Below are positions 8,879-18,844 of a stretch of 24,191 bases of DNA, one piece after another. A program made the position numbers and the translations under genes. Origin of the DNA: Methanothrix sp. (GTDB taxonomy: Archaea > Halobacteriota > Methanosarcinia > Methanotrichales > Methanotrichaceae). The notes beneath the pieces are model-generated. The model had not been told where the DNA came from, ran no database searches, and saw only the letters and a list, made by a program, of their open reading frames with translations. Each line of letters starts with the position of its first letter. Position 1 is the stretch's first letter. The stretch spans positions 1 to 24,191 of the forward strand of contig JBAXWY010000044.1 in assembly GCA_037128175.1 (NCBI GenBank). Direction: 5' to 3'.

Positions 8879-10460
8879 TCAAACCTTCTTCTGTTCATCT
8901 GCGGGATTCAAGAGCATCAACCGATTGATAGCACTGACCAGGGCCTCCACGGATGCCATGACTATATCCTCGCGGGCCGATTTGGCGCTGACCCTGCGCC
9001 CCCGGTCGTCCTCTACTCCAATCACCACTTCTGCCAGGGCATCAGCCCCGCCGCTTATGGCTTCAATTCTAAAGTCGCAGATGCGAATGGATGTGTCGCA
9101 CTCCAGGAGACCCTGCACGGCGTTAACAGCAGCGTCTACCGGCCCTACGCCGATATGGGCGAGAACTCTTTCTTTGCCCCGCACCAGGGCCCTTACCGTT
9201 GCCGTGGGCGTGATGATGTTGCCGGTCATGACCGAAACCTCCCGGAGCACTACGGCCTGGCTTCCTTTGGCCACCTCTCCGATCACCACGTCGGCAATGG
9301 TCTGAAGATCGATATTAGCGATCTGCTTTCCTTTGTCGCCCAGCTCCTTGACCCTTTCCAGTATCTCCTGGAGCTGCTCCTCAGTGGGCTGGTAGCCTGC
9401 CTCCTCCAGCACTTTGGCCACGGCATGCCGTCCCGTGTGCTTGCCAAGGACTATGCGCCTCTTGTGGCCTACCATCTCCGGGGTCATGATGCCGGGCTCA
9501 AAGGTCTTGCTGTTCTCAATAATTCCGTGGCTGTGAATGCCGCTCTCATGGGAGAAGGCGTTCTCGCCCACGATTGGCGCGGTTATGGGTATCTTAACTT
9601 CGGTGAGCCGCTCTACCATGCGGGCCGTCTCCACCAGGTATTCCGTCTTTATGCTGGTGCGAGCCCCATAAATGGCGTGCAGACTCATGACCGTCTCGGC
9701 CAGGTTGGCGTTGCCGGCCCTCTCGCCCAGACCATTTACGCAGACCTGCACCTCTCGGGCTCCCGCCTCCACTGCCGCCAGGCTGTTGGCTACGGCCAGG
9801 CCGAAGTCATTGTGGCAGTGCACATCGACCACCATATTGACATCATCGCAGATATCCTTGACAAAACGGTAGAAGGCAGAAGGAGCCGCTACTCCCACCG
9901 TGTCAGGGATGTTGATGATATCGCAGTGCACCTCCTGCACTGCCCGGAAGATGCGATGCAAAAACTGCGGCGAGGTGCGGGTGGCATCCATGGCAGAGAA
10001 GAGACATGTTCTGCCGTTGTCCTTGACAAACTGCACCGTCTCCATAGCTCCGGCCACAATCTCGTCGTGGCTCTTCTTAATAGTATGAGCTATCTGGATG
10101 TCGGAGGTGGGAACGAAGACGTGCACCATGCCCACATCGGCATCAAGACAGGCCTGAACATCCTTTTTCACAATGCGGGAGAGGCCGCAGACCTGAGCCC
10201 GGAGGCCCGCCCTGGCTATTTGCCGGACACTGTCAAACTCGCCCTTGGAGGATACGGGAAATCCAGCCTCGATAACATTCACACCGAGTTTATCAAGCTG
10301 CCTGGCGATCTTGAGCTTTTCGTCCTGGGTGAGAGATACGCCCGGAGTCTGCTCGCCATCCCTGAGAGTGGTGTCAAAAATGCAAACTTTTTCATCAACG
10401 AGTGAGCGAACGTCGTAGAAGACGATTCCCCACAGAGCTTTCGTGTGTCGTGTTTGTCAT
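8879..10460 (-). CDS. leuA: 2-isopropylmalate synthase (LeuA; citramalate synthase paralog not excluded), start site non-canonical
   Basis: Frame stays open upstream of the tracked GTG (10282) through [14 protein letters not shown] to an in-frame TGA at 10459-10457; [21 protein letters not shown] and a C-terminal allosteric domain (GPVDA, DIVMAS). The 5-prime coordinate given is the out-of-frame ATG near the TATA box; true start uncertain. Confidence 0.85.
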
Positions 10461-10483
10461 AAGATCAAGCATAGCATGCATAG

Positions 10484-10491
10484 CTATAAAA
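10484..10491 (-). promoter_or_regulatory. TATA box for the leuA transcript
   Basis: TTTTATAG preceded by purine-rich GGCAAAAG (BRE-like), 24 nt upstream of ATG 10460. Confidence 0.6.
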
Positions 10492-10546
10492 CTTTTGCCG
10501 CCCAAGGGGTAGAGATATTTACCCCTTCGTTAAAGAAAGGCCCTCT

Positions 10547-11221
10547 ATGAAACTTGCAATCACTATTATCGCGGTGCTGGCGGCGATATATGTTCTGCCG
10601 GCAATGGGAGAATCGGCACAGTTCTGGTCCGATCAGGCAAATGAGTACTTCATCTCGGGCGACTTTGAAAAATCGGCTGCAAGCTATGACAAGGCCCTGG
10701 AGCAGGAGCCGAACAACACCGTCCTGTGGAATAATAAGGGAAAAGCTCTGGCCAACTTGGGCAGAATTGGGGACGCAATATCCTGTTTCGATAAATCGCT
10801 TGCTATAGACACCTCTAATCCAGAGTCTCTGAATCTGAAAGCAATTGCGTTTTCCCAGGGATTAAATAAATATGGCGAGGCCATCGCCATCTTCGACCAG
10901 ATCCTGCAGGCAAATCCCTCTTATTTTGATGCCTGGATAGGAAAGGGCATGGCTCTGGCTAATGAAGGCAGCCTTTCCGGCTCCCTGGAATGCTTTGAAA
11001 AAGCCACTCAAATCAAGCCTCAAGATCCCACCGCCTGGAATAACGAGGGTGTAGTCCTCCGGCAAATGGAAAGATATCAGGATGCTTTGACCTGCTTCAA
11101 CAAAGCACTCACCATCGACTCTGCCAATGATGCTGCCCTACAGAATCGAGAGTTAACCCTGCAAGACATGGATCAGCAACCTCAGGCCGCTCCGAGCATG
11201 AGCACGCAAGATATGCTGTGA
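10547..11221 (+). CDS. Secreted tetratricopeptide-repeat protein
   Basis: Signal-peptide-like N-terminus; about 5 TPRs (WNNKGKAL, AWIGKGMAL, AWNNEGVVL). Confidence 0.9.
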   Translation: MKLAITIIAVLAAIYVLPAMGESAQFWSDQANEYFISGDFEKSAASYDKALEQEPNNTVLWNNKGKALANLGRIGDAISCFDKSLAIDTSNPESLNLKAIAFSQGLNKYGEAIAIFDQILQANPSYFDAWIGKGMALANEGSLSGSLECFEKATQIKPQDPTAWNNEGVVLRQMERYQDALTCFNKALTIDSANDAALQNRELTLQDMDQQPQAAPSMSTQDML

Positions 11222-11231
11222 TCCGGCAAAA

Positions 11232-11245
11232 TTTATTTTTTTTTT
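11232..11245 (+). terminator. Archaeal oligo-T terminator
   Basis: T10 run at 11236-11245 just after the TPR gene stop. Confidence 0.55.
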
Positions 11246-11313
11246 AATTTCGTGAATTAGAGCAATAGCTTGAAATAAATGTTCGACAATCATCGATTTG
11301 AGGTGATGGATAA

Positions 11314-11817
11314 GTGTTCAAGCTGATCTATCTGGTGATCGCGGCAACGGTCCTGATTTTCGGGGTGCAAGGGATGCCTCTGGGCTTTGCCGAGGCCATG
11401 AACAACGCCGGCCAAAAAGATATCCTCACCGTCAAAAATTATGATACCGGCGCGTCATTGACCGAATCTTACACTGACATCGAGCACCTGGAGAGAAATA
11501 CACAGGTCAATACCGGAGCTTATGGGACGCAGTCTTTTGCATCTGATGACAATGGGGCAGGTGCCGGCAGCCGCAACTTCAGCCCAGCAAGCAACCCTGC
11601 TGGCGGTCTTGAGGCCAGCATCAACTCTAATGTCATAGGCAAGGCCTACATCGCCTGGCAATCCTTCGACCCGATCAGCTCTGGCAAAGGCCGTCATCAG
11701 CTCTTAGGCCGCAGCGTGGAGGAGCTGACCGGAGTATTCTCCATTGAGAAGTTCATACAGCTTTGGTCCGGCAGCCGTCCTGGGGAGATAAGCGTGGACT
11801 GGCTGCCCTGCTCTTGA
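11314..11817 (+). CDS. Hypothetical secreted protein
   Basis: GAGGTGA RBS 7 nt before the GTG; hydrophobic signal-peptide-like N-terminus; fills the space between flanking genes. Confidence 0.7.
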   Translation: MFKLIYLVIAATVLIFGVQGMPLGFAEAMNNAGQKDILTVKNYDTGASLTESYTDIEHLERNTQVNTGAYGTQSFASDDNGAGAGSRNFSPASNPAGGLEASINSNVIGKAYIAWQSFDPISSGKGRHQLLGRSVEELTGVFSIEKFIQLWSGSRPGEISVDWLPCS

Positions 11818-11834
11818 GAGAAATCTTTCATTGA

Positions 11835-13808
11835 CTATAATTTTACTGAACTCAGGATTATCTCCACAACCAGGTCATTGTAATCACGATCCTTCAGAGC
11901 ATGGAGATCCTCCCAGCGAAGTTGGCATTTGCTGGAGCCTAAAGGCAGTTTTATGACATGAGATCTCCCATCCCCATTAAGACTGCTGTCCGTGTAATAT
12001 ATATTTCCGTCCTGAGCCTGCAGAGCAAAGACCAGCCTCGTTTTAGCAGGAAAGTCTCCCACATCAAAGCTCTTGCCCACATTCTCCGAAATGGAATCAA
12101 AGATCAGTTTGCTCAGTGGCCCAAAGAGCCCGAAACGATTGTGGTAAGGCGTATTCTTGCTGACCAGCCTGGCCACGACATGGCTGTCCACTGCCAAAAC
12201 AACATCTTCCTTAATGGTGGGCATCACCTCGATCTCCACTACGAGATCTTTGTAGATCTTCTTCTTAAGGCCTAAAGACGTCTCCCAGCGTAGTTCCCAT
12301 TTGTTATAGCCAATGGGAAGCTTGCGCACGTGGCTCAAGAAGTCCGGGTTTTTCACCTGGTCGGTGTAATAGGTGTAACCGTCATCGGTCTCTAGTGCAA
12401 AGGAGATATTTGCGCCGGCAGGGAAGGCCCCCAAATCAATTCCTTTTCCTAAAGGTGTCTCTTCGCGAAGGATCAACCTGTCAACGGGGGAGCTCTGACG
12501 GAATTCTTCCAGTGTGGAGGCAAGTATAATCCTCGGCGTAACAAAGACCCTGCCGTCCTTAGGCATAACAATATCCTCCGTAATGGGACTGATGATCTCC
12601 GTCTCCATTACTACGTCGTCGTAATCCTTTTCCCCTAAACCGTAGCGATCCTCCCAGGAGAACTCCCACTTATAGATCCCGGTCTTGACCTTCTTGACAT
12701 GGTCGCAAGCATCGCTATTCAGGAATTGATCGGTGTAATAGACGTGCCCGTCTGAGGTTTTGAGAGCAAAAATGAGACGGGAGCCGGATGGATATACTCC
12801 CAGATCATAGAGTTTGCCTTTCTCCGAGTCGGAAGCCCGGAAGATCAGCCTTCTCTCGGGAGAATGCAGCCAAATCTCATTCTCCAGGGTGGTGTTCTTC
12901 CCCTTGAAGCGAACGATGACCCGGCCCTGTTTGGGCATGATCAGATCGTCATCCGAGGTAAATTGCACTGCATAAAAAGCGAATATACTGCCGATACCAC
13001 ACTCGCCATAGCCGATCTTAAACCACCCATTCTCACCCCAGTCCACTCCCCAGCTATTCTTGCATATCCAGTATCCTTGGGCATCATTGTAGCCTACGAT
13101 GCAGATGGCATGATCGGCCATATAGCCGCCATAGGCTTCTTTATAAATCCCACCATAATAGTAATAAAAATCCTCATAGACATTCATGCCGGTCATGAGA
13201 GGCCCGCGCGTGACAAGCCACTCCTTGGCCTGTGATGCGCTGAGCAGAGTCTTCCAGCTATCAATTTTGATTATTCTGTTCTCTCTATCCGGGCAGCTTC
13301 TTAATTGATCGCTGTCGTATGGAAAACAGGCCTCATCGGGAATGCCGCTTTGCTGGGCATATACCAGGGCACTGTTGTAGTACCAGCCCCGATTGCAGCA
13401 GTTGCCGCAACCCCGGAAAAATAGATCTGCCTCAGAAAGATCGGGATTGAGATTTGGATTTCGGCGGAAGATCTCTAAATTGGACTCAATGAGGGCGACG
13501 GTAGCAAAGGCAACGCATGAGCCGCACTGCTTTTGGTCTCTTATGGGTGTAGTCCAGTTCTTGCCGGAGACTTGCCTCCAATCCCACTCACCGGGATAGA
13601 TGTAGACTGGCATAGGCTCAAATGTTCGAGCATTCTCCCGGGACAGGAGTTCCTGAATACTCGTTTTCTCATCTTCAGGAACAACGAGACCAAGATACAA
13701 CAGTTTTTCCGGCTTTGCGAGCCGGCTAAGAGATGTCTCTCCAGCCAGCCAGGAGAGGCTCTTTTCGTTGATCATGCTACGTATTTTATTAATTTCGTCT
13801 ATTGCCAC
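11835..13808 (-). CDS. Papain-like C1A cysteine peptidase with three tandem C-terminal DUF4114-like repeats
   Basis: WDWR, RDQKQCGSCVAF (catalytic Cys), DHAICIVGY (His), KNSWG..WGENGW (Asn); three repeats of about 124 aa ending WED....D.DY.D.V. Confidence 0.9.
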   Translation of the reverse strand: MAIDEINKIRSMINEKSLSWLAGETSLSRLAKPEKLLYLGLVVPEDEKTSIQELLSRENARTFEPMPVYIYPGEWDWRQVSGKNWTTPIRDQKQCGSCVAFATVALIESNLEIFRRNPNLNPDLSEADLFFRGCGNCCNRGWYYNSALVYAQQSGIPDEACFPYDSDQLRSCPDRENRIIKIDSWKTLLSASQAKEWLVTRGPLMTGMNVYEDFYYYYGGIYKEAYGGYMADHAICIVGYNDAQGYWICKNSWGVDWGENGWFKIGYGECGIGSIFAFYAVQFTSDDDLIMPKQGRVIVRFKGKNTTLENEIWLHSPERRLIFRASDSEKGKLYDLGVYPSGSRLIFALKTSDGHVYYTDQFLNSDACDHVKKVKTGIYKWEFSWEDRYGLGEKDYDDVVMETEIISPITEDIVMPKDGRVFVTPRIILASTLEEFRQSSPVDRLILREETPLGKGIDLGAFPAGANISFALETDDGYTYYTDQVKNPDFLSHVRKLPIGYNKWELRWETSLGLKKKIYKDLVVEIEVMPTIKEDVVLAVDSHVVARLVSKNTPYHNRFGLFGPLSKLIFDSISENVGKSFDVGDFPAKTRLVFALQAQDGNIYYTDSSLNGDGRSHVIKLPLGSSKCQLRWEDLHALKDRDYNDLVVEIILSSVKL

Positions 13809-13939
13809 GGCTTGAAAACCCCCAATACATCCTTACCGAATAGCAATATAAACTTTGTTATTTTTTATATACTATCATCAAAAAGAAAGTTATTAATAGC
13901 TCGCCGACGAACCATTGGTTTACCAGGGGGATTTTAGCT

Positions 13940-14416
13940 TTGGAGGTTCTGATTAAGAGATCTGCGCGACGCAAGAAGACCATCCAGGCCAGGATGGTGG
14001 GAGGAAAGATGGAGGTTTTGGCACCGGCCTCTATCTCAGATGCTGCTCTGCAGGGTCACATCGAAAAACTGCGCTCTAAACTGGAGAAGCGGGTCTATCC
14101 CAAGGATGACGTCCATCTGCATGAAAGAGCCTGCCTTCTAAACAGCAGATACTTTCAAGGGGTTTTGATCTGGAACAGCATCCAGTACTCCGGAAATCAG
14201 GAGCGCAGGCGCGGGTCGTGCAACTGTACCGCCCGGACCATTCGCATCAGCAGCAAGCTGGCCAATCTTCCCCAATGGGTTGAGGATTATGTGATTGTGC
14301 ACGAGCTTGCCCACCTTCTTGAACCTAATCACGGCAAGAGGTTCAAGGCACTGGTGCGCAGATACCCCCTGGCGGAAAGAGCCATTGGATTTCTCATCGC
14401 CACCGAGATGGCATAA
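13940..14416 (+). CDS. M48/YgjP (DUF45) metal-dependent hydrolase
   Basis: RSARRKKTI, RRGSC, DYVIVHELAHL.EPNH..RF..LV.RYP. Confidence 0.9.
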   Translation: MEVLIKRSARRKKTIQARMVGGKMEVLAPASISDAALQGHIEKLRSKLEKRVYPKDDVHLHERACLLNSRYFQGVLIWNSIQYSGNQERRRGSCNCTARTIRISSKLANLPQWVEDYVIVHELAHLLEPNHGKRFKALVRRYPLAERAIGFLIATEMA

Positions 14417-14513
14417 TTCTTTCTTGTTGCAGCCATTACTTTGGCCTTAATTTTCGCCATTTATTTATATCCGGAAGACCCTGACGTTAGATGCTGCAAT
14501 TGGAGGTTAGAAG

Positions 14514-16550
14514 ATGAAAAACTTTCTTATTATTATCATTTTTGCGATCCTGCTGGCGTCTTTGGGTGGCGCGGATACGAAGGTAGGAGAGCAGAATAGA
14601 AATAACAGCTCCCTTATTTCCAGGGATCTCTTATTCGGCAATCCGGATAGAATCACCACCAGAATCTGCCCGGACGGCTCGAAGCTGGCCTTTCTGGCCC
14701 CTAAAGAGGGAGTGCTCAATGTTTGGGTGGGACAGGCAGATTCGCCGGAGACGGCAAAGCCTGTGACCAATGACACCTCTCGGGGCATCAGAAGCTATAC
14801 CTGGACTCACACCAACCAGCATATCCTCTACCTGCAGGATCGAAATGGAGACGAGAACTGGCGCATTTACAGCGTCAATCTTAGCAGCGGCAAGATCCTG
14901 GATCTCACGCCTTTTGAAGGGGTTCGGGCCGAAATCCGGGCTCTCAGTCCCAAGCACCCCTATGAAGCCATAATAGGCCTCAATAAGCGTGATCCTGAGT
15001 ATCATGACCTCTACCGGCTCAATATCGAGACAGGCAACATGACACTTATCCTGGAGAATAAAGAGTTCTCCGGATTTGAGATCGATGACGACTTCAAGGT
15101 GAGGCTGGCCAGCAATATGACGGCAGACGGCGGAAGCGAAGTATTCATGCCTGCAGAAAACGGCAGTTGGGAGACATTCCTGAAGATCGAGATGGAAGAC
15201 ACTCTCACCACCGGCTTTGCCGGATTCAATAAGAGCAATGATCTTATTTATTTGATAGATAGCCGAGGCAGAAATACGGCTGCTCTTTATGCCCTCAATC
15301 TGCATACGAAAGAAAGCACTTTTCTGGCCGAGGACCCCAAATCGGATCTCAACGGCATGATGATTCATCCTACGGAGAAGAATGTGCAGGCGGTGGCATT
15401 CTACTACGACCGGATACAGTGGAAGATCCTGGATCCGGCTATTGTGCAGGACATCGATCTGTTGCGCAGCGTGGAGGAAGGAGACATGACGGTAATAAGC
15501 CGCAGCCTGAACGACAAGGTATGGATAGTCGTTTTCACCAGGGATAACGGGCCGGCGCGCTACTACCTTTACAACCATGAGGAAAAGAGGGCCTCTTTCC
15601 TCTTCACGGACAGAGAAAAGCTGGCGGGGCTGCCGCTAGCCAGGATGATTCCGGCTGTCATAAAAACGCGTGACGGCCTGGACCTGGTATGCTATTACAC
15701 CCTGCCTCTGCCAAGCGATGAGAATGGTGACGGACTGCCGGATAAGCCGCTACCAATGGTACTGTACGTGCATGGCGGTCCCTGGGGCCGCGACTACTGG
15801 GGGCTTGATTCCATGCATCAGTGGCTGGCCAACCGGGGCTACGCCGTCCTGAGCGTTAACTTCCGGGGCTCTACGGGTCTTGGCAAGAATTTCATCAATG
15901 CCGGAAATCTGGAGTGGGGCAAGAAGATGCATGATGACCTCATCGATGCTGTGAACTGGTCCGTGCAGCAAAAAATCGCCGATCCAGAAAAGATCGCTAT
16001 CATGGGAGGGAGCTACGGCGGCTATGCTGCTCTGGCCGGCTTAACCTTCACTCCTGGCATTTTTGCCTGCGCTGTGGACATCGTGGGCCCCTCCAACCTG
16101 ATAACGCTCCTGGAGACCATTCCGCCCTACTGGAAGCCGGAGATAGAGCAGTTCACCAAGAGGGTGGGCGACTTCCGGACGGAGGCGGGCAGAAAGCTGC
16201 TACAAGAACGCTCACCCCTCAATTACGTGGAGCTAATTGAGCGGCCCCTGCTCATCGGCCAGGGAGCCAACGATCCTCGCGTCAAGCAGAATGAGTCAGA
16301 CCAGATCGTCAAAGCCATGCAGGCCAAAGGGCTTCCGGTGACCTATGTGCTTTATCCAGACGAGGGTCATGGATTTGCCCGTCCCGAGAACAGGCTTTCC
16401 TTCTACGCCATAGCCGAGGCATTTTTGGCCGAGCACCTGGGCGGCAGCTTCCAGCCCATCGGTCAGGATTTTGCAGGGTCCAACCTGACTGTGCCCGCCG
16501 GAGCAGGAGAGGTTCCTGGCCTGGCGGAAGCACTGGGGGAAGGGTCCTAA
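14514..16550 (+). CDS. S9 family peptidase (dipeptidyl/acylaminoacyl peptidase), probably secreted
   Basis: Signal peptide, beta-propeller region, VHGGPW, GGSYGG nucleophile, NDPRV (Asp), DEGHGF (His); GGAGG RBS. Confidence 0.95.
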   Translation: MKNFLIIIIFAILLASLGGADTKVGEQNRNNSSLISRDLLFGNPDRITTRICPDGSKLAFLAPKEGVLNVWVGQADSPETAKPVTNDTSRGIRSYTWTHTNQHILYLQDRNGDENWRIYSVNLSSGKILDLTPFEGVRAEIRALSPKHPYEAIIGLNKRDPEYHDLYRLNIETGNMTLILENKEFSGFEIDDDFKVRLASNMTADGGSEVFMPAENGSWETFLKIEMEDTLTTGFAGFNKSNDLIYLIDSRGRNTAALYALNLHTKESTFLAEDPKSDLNGMMIHPTEKNVQAVAFYYDRIQWKILDPAIVQDIDLLRSVEEGDMTVISRSLNDKVWIVVFTRDNGPARYYLYNHEEKRASFLFTDREKLAGLPLARMIPAVIKTRDGLDLVCYYTLPLPSDENGDGLPDKPLPMVLYVHGGPWGRDYWGLDSMHQWLANRGYAVLSVNFRGSTGLGKNFINAGNLEWGKKMHDDLIDAVNWSVQQKIADPEKIAIMGGSYGGYAALAGLTFTPGIFACAVDIVGPSNLITLLETIPPYWKPEIEQFTKRVGDFRTEAGRKLLQERSPLNYVELIERPLLIGQGANDPRVKQNESDQIVKAMQAKGLPVTYVLYPDEGHGFARPENRLSFYAIAEAFLAEHLGGSFQPIGQDFAGSNLTVPAGAGEVPGLAEALGEGS

Positions 16551-16576
16551 GAATTTTCTCTTTTTCTACTTGCGAT

Positions 16577-16882
16577 TCATCCTTTTTCGGCCAGAGCCTG
16601 GAAGTATCCGCTCATGATGCATACCGCATCCTCCGGCCCGAGCTGCTCGAACTGCTCGCAGGGCGATCCCCGGTAGCAGGGCAGGTGGTGAATAGTGCAA
16701 ACGGCCAGATCGCCATCGTGGCCAGCCCGGGGGGCAAGATGGGGGCATCTCTCTCCAGCGGGCTTGAGGATCATGGCTTCTTGATCTTCGGGATCGATGC
16801 TGCCGTCTGCCAGAATGCTGGCGGGGTTGACGACAAAGATATCCAGATGAAGGCAGCATTGGCCGCAGCGCAGGCAGATCAT
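16577..16882 (-). CDS. YkgJ-like CxxCxxCC cysteine-cluster protein
   Basis: CLRCGQCC, RCPHL, CTIH, further Cys residues. Confidence 0.8.
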   Translation of the reverse strand: MICLRCGQCCLHLDIFVVNPASILADGSIDPEDQEAMILKPAGERCPHLAPRAGHDGDLAVCTIHHLPCYRGSPCEQFEQLGPEDAVCIMSGYFQALAEKG

Positions 16883-16905
16883 GGTCGCAATGCCGGATGG
16901 GCGTC

Positions 16906-16916
16906 TTTATTAATTA
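16906..16916. promoter_or_regulatory. Shared AT-rich TATA region between divergent genes
   Basis: TTTATTAATTA is the only AT-rich patch in the 54-nt gap and lies 21-24 nt from both ATGs (16882 minus, 16937 plus). Confidence 0.55.
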
Positions 16917-16936
16917 CAATTGCGATTGGAAACACC

Positions 16937-17500
16937 ATGAGAATTCTAGTGCCCATGGCAGAGGGCTTCGAGGAGATCGAAGCGATTTGCGTTATCGACA
17001 TTTTGCGGCGAGCCGATGTGGAAGTTGTGACGGCGGGATTGAAAGAAGGACTGGTGGAAGGCTCTCACAAAATCAAGGTGATGCCGGACACCACCCTGGA
17101 AAAAATCGACTACCGGGACTTCGACGGGCTGGTCCTGCCCGGAGGCGCACCGGGTTTTATTAATCTGGGAAATGATGAACGCATCCTAAACATGGCACGG
17201 GAGATGGATCGAGCTGGAAAAATTGTCGCGGCGATATGCGCGGCTCCCTCGGTTCTCATCAAGGCCGGTGTCCTGCAGGGCCGCAAGGCCACGGTCAGCC
17301 CTTCGGGCAAGGCTCAGGTGGAGGACTGCGCATACTTTAGTGAGGAGCGAGTGGTAGTGGACGGCAACCTCATCACCAGCCGCTCGCCGGGAACGGCACT
17401 GGAGTTTGCCTTGAAACTGGTGGAGGTGCTGGTGGGAAAGGAGAAAATGCAGGAGATCAAGGCGCAGACGATGGCCGTCTGCCTTATAGGAAAATTTTAA
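16937..17500 (+). CDS. DJ-1/PfpI (ThiJ/YajL-like) family protein
   Basis: MRILVPMAEGFEEIEA, LVLPGG.PG, AAICAAP (Cys nucleophile), ITSRSPGTA; start trimmed to ATG 16937. Confidence 0.93.
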   Translation: MRILVPMAEGFEEIEAICVIDILRRADVEVVTAGLKEGLVEGSHKIKVMPDTTLEKIDYRDFDGLVLPGGAPGFINLGNDERILNMAREMDRAGKIVAAICAAPSVLIKAGVLQGRKATVSPSGKAQVEDCAYFSEERVVVDGNLITSRSPGTALEFALKLVEVLVGKEKMQEIKAQTMAVCLIGKF

Positions 17501-17526
17501 ACGGAGAGCAAAATGAAGGCCATATA

Positions 17527-18120
17527 ATGAGAATCTCGGTAATCCTTGCCCACCCCCGTCCGGGAAGCTTCAATCATGCCATCGCCAAGGCATCAGTGCA
17601 AACGCTTATGCAAAACGGCCATCAAGTCGCTTTTCATGACCTCTACTTGGAATCCTTTGATCCCATCCTTCGCTCTGCAGAGATTGCTAAAGATGCGCCG
17701 CTTGACGACATGATCCGGGTTCACTGCCAGGAAACAGCAATGGCAGACGGGATAATAATAATTCATCCCAATTGGTGGGGCATGCCTCCTGCCATCCTCA
17801 AAGGCTGGGTGGACAGGGTCATGCGGCCAGGTATTGCCTATGAGTTCCTGGAAGGCGACAGCGGCGAGGGAACGCCTCGCGGACGGCTTTTGGCCAGGCG
17901 GGCAATCGTCTTCAACACCTCCAATACCCTTCCCGAGAGGGAGCAAAATGCTTTTGGCGATCCTCTGCAGACGATTTGGAAGAACTGCATCTTCGGGTTA
18001 TGTGGCGACGCAGACTTTCACCGCAAGACCTATAACGTGGTAGTGACCAGTACTTATGAACAGCGAGCAGCCTGGTTGGATGATGTCCGGGCGATAGTTG
18101 ACGAAAATTTTCCAGGATGA
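17527..18120 (+). CDS. Flavodoxin-fold NAD(P)H dehydrogenase (quinone), KefF/MdaB-like
   Basis: ILAHP..GSFN, HDLY...FDP, HPNWWGMPPAILKGWVDRV. Confidence 0.92.
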   Translation: MRISVILAHPRPGSFNHAIAKASVQTLMQNGHQVAFHDLYLESFDPILRSAEIAKDAPLDDMIRVHCQETAMADGIIIIHPNWWGMPPAILKGWVDRVMRPGIAYEFLEGDSGEGTPRGRLLARRAIVFNTSNTLPEREQNAFGDPLQTIWKNCIFGLCGDADFHRKTYNVVVTSTYEQRAAWLDDVRAIVDENFPG

Positions 18121-18240
18121 AACATTTGACTTTGGCCTGCAGTCCAGTCTTGTTCCGTAACCGTCATTTTCGTCTTGTCCCCCACGGCTTTGAAGTAGAA
18201 CTACCTGCAAGAAAATAGATATACTAGAAGGAGATTGGCA

Positions 18241-18315
18241 ATGAAGGCATCAAGTGGCATATACCAGGCGGCTCGGACGGCCCTAGATATCGAAACCCTG
18301 GTCCGCGGCAGATGA
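18241..18315 (+). CDS. Putative small protein, 24 aa (MKASSGIYQAARTALDIETLVRGR)
   Basis: GAAGGAG RBS at 18227-18233; first of three closely packed small ORFs. Confidence 0.3.
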   Translation: MKASSGIYQAARTALDIETLVRGR

Positions 18316-18319
18316 TGAT

Positions 18320-18406
18320 ATGGCTGACAAAAACCGAAGCCCAGGCAAAAGCAAAAAAGCGATGACAAAAAAGGCAAAGCTAAAAAAGAAGGAAGTGAAA
18401 TCATGA
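18320..18406 (+). CDS. Putative small Lys-rich protein, 28 aa (MADKNRSPGKSKKAMTKKAKLKKKEVKS)
   Basis: Starts 4 nt after the previous stop; its stop overlaps the next start (ATGA). Confidence 0.4.
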   Translation: MADKNRSPGKSKKAMTKKAKLKKKEVKS

Positions 18407-18540
18407 GTGAAGCTAGAGACAGGAAAATGAAACGCGAGCGCAGATTCGAAATGCAAAAGGCCGAAAAAGTCTTGCGAGCGTGCAGGAGCAGGAGAGGCTA
18501 TGAGCTCTTTCAAGAGCCAGAGAAAAAAAAGCCAAAATAG
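18403..18540 (+). CDS. Putative small basic protein, 45 aa (MSEARDRKMKRERRFEMQKAEKVLRACRSRRGYELFQEPEKKKPK)
   Basis: AAGGAAGTGA RBS-like sequence, ATGA coupling, followed by a T-run terminator. Confidence 0.45.
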   Translation: MSEARDRKMKRERRFEMQKAEKVLRACRSRRGYELFQEPEKKKPK

Positions 18541-18579
18541 GAGCGAGAGGGGCGATTTGGGCGGCTCTTCTTTTTTTTT
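18541..18579 (+). terminator. GC-rich stretch plus T9 terminator
   Basis: GAGC...GCTC followed by TTCTTTTTTTTT immediately after the small ORFs. Confidence 0.5.
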
Positions 18580-18742
18580 GCTGATTACTTTCGCCTCGCA
18601 TTTGTCAATTTTTAATGGCATTAGTCTTTCAGGCTCCGAAGTTCGTTAGGGACAGCCAGTGCAAGCTCAAACTGCGAGTTAGCGTTCCAAATGTCTCTGG
18701 CCGGCCTTCCGGCGCTCGCAGGCCCGCCTGGTCTGAGTAGAC

Positions 18743-18802
18743 CAAACATCAAGGAAATATAATCGTCGATGAGATATAGACATTTTCTTCGCATGGTTTA
18801 GA
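18743..18802 (-). repeat. Orphan duplicate of the hicB promoter and start codon
   Basis: 54/60 nt identical to 20787-20846 by manual alignment. Confidence 0.85.
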
Positions 18803-18844
18803 CCACAGCTCGTGTCTGCCGTCCGGTGGCTAGCGTCGCCGCTT

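Noticed and set aside
8822-10405. 527-aa plus-strand ORF
   Set aside because: Antisense shadow of leuA with no recognisable motifs; the same applies to 14631..15578 opposite the S9 peptidase and to the ORFs opposite herA.
18283-18749. Minus-strand ORFs downstream of the orphan hicB promoter (42 aa from 18749, then 112 aa from 18621)
   Set aside because: The first runs through an inverted repeat copy and the second is the Phe/Leu-rich mirror of A-rich plus-strand ORFs; no independent support.
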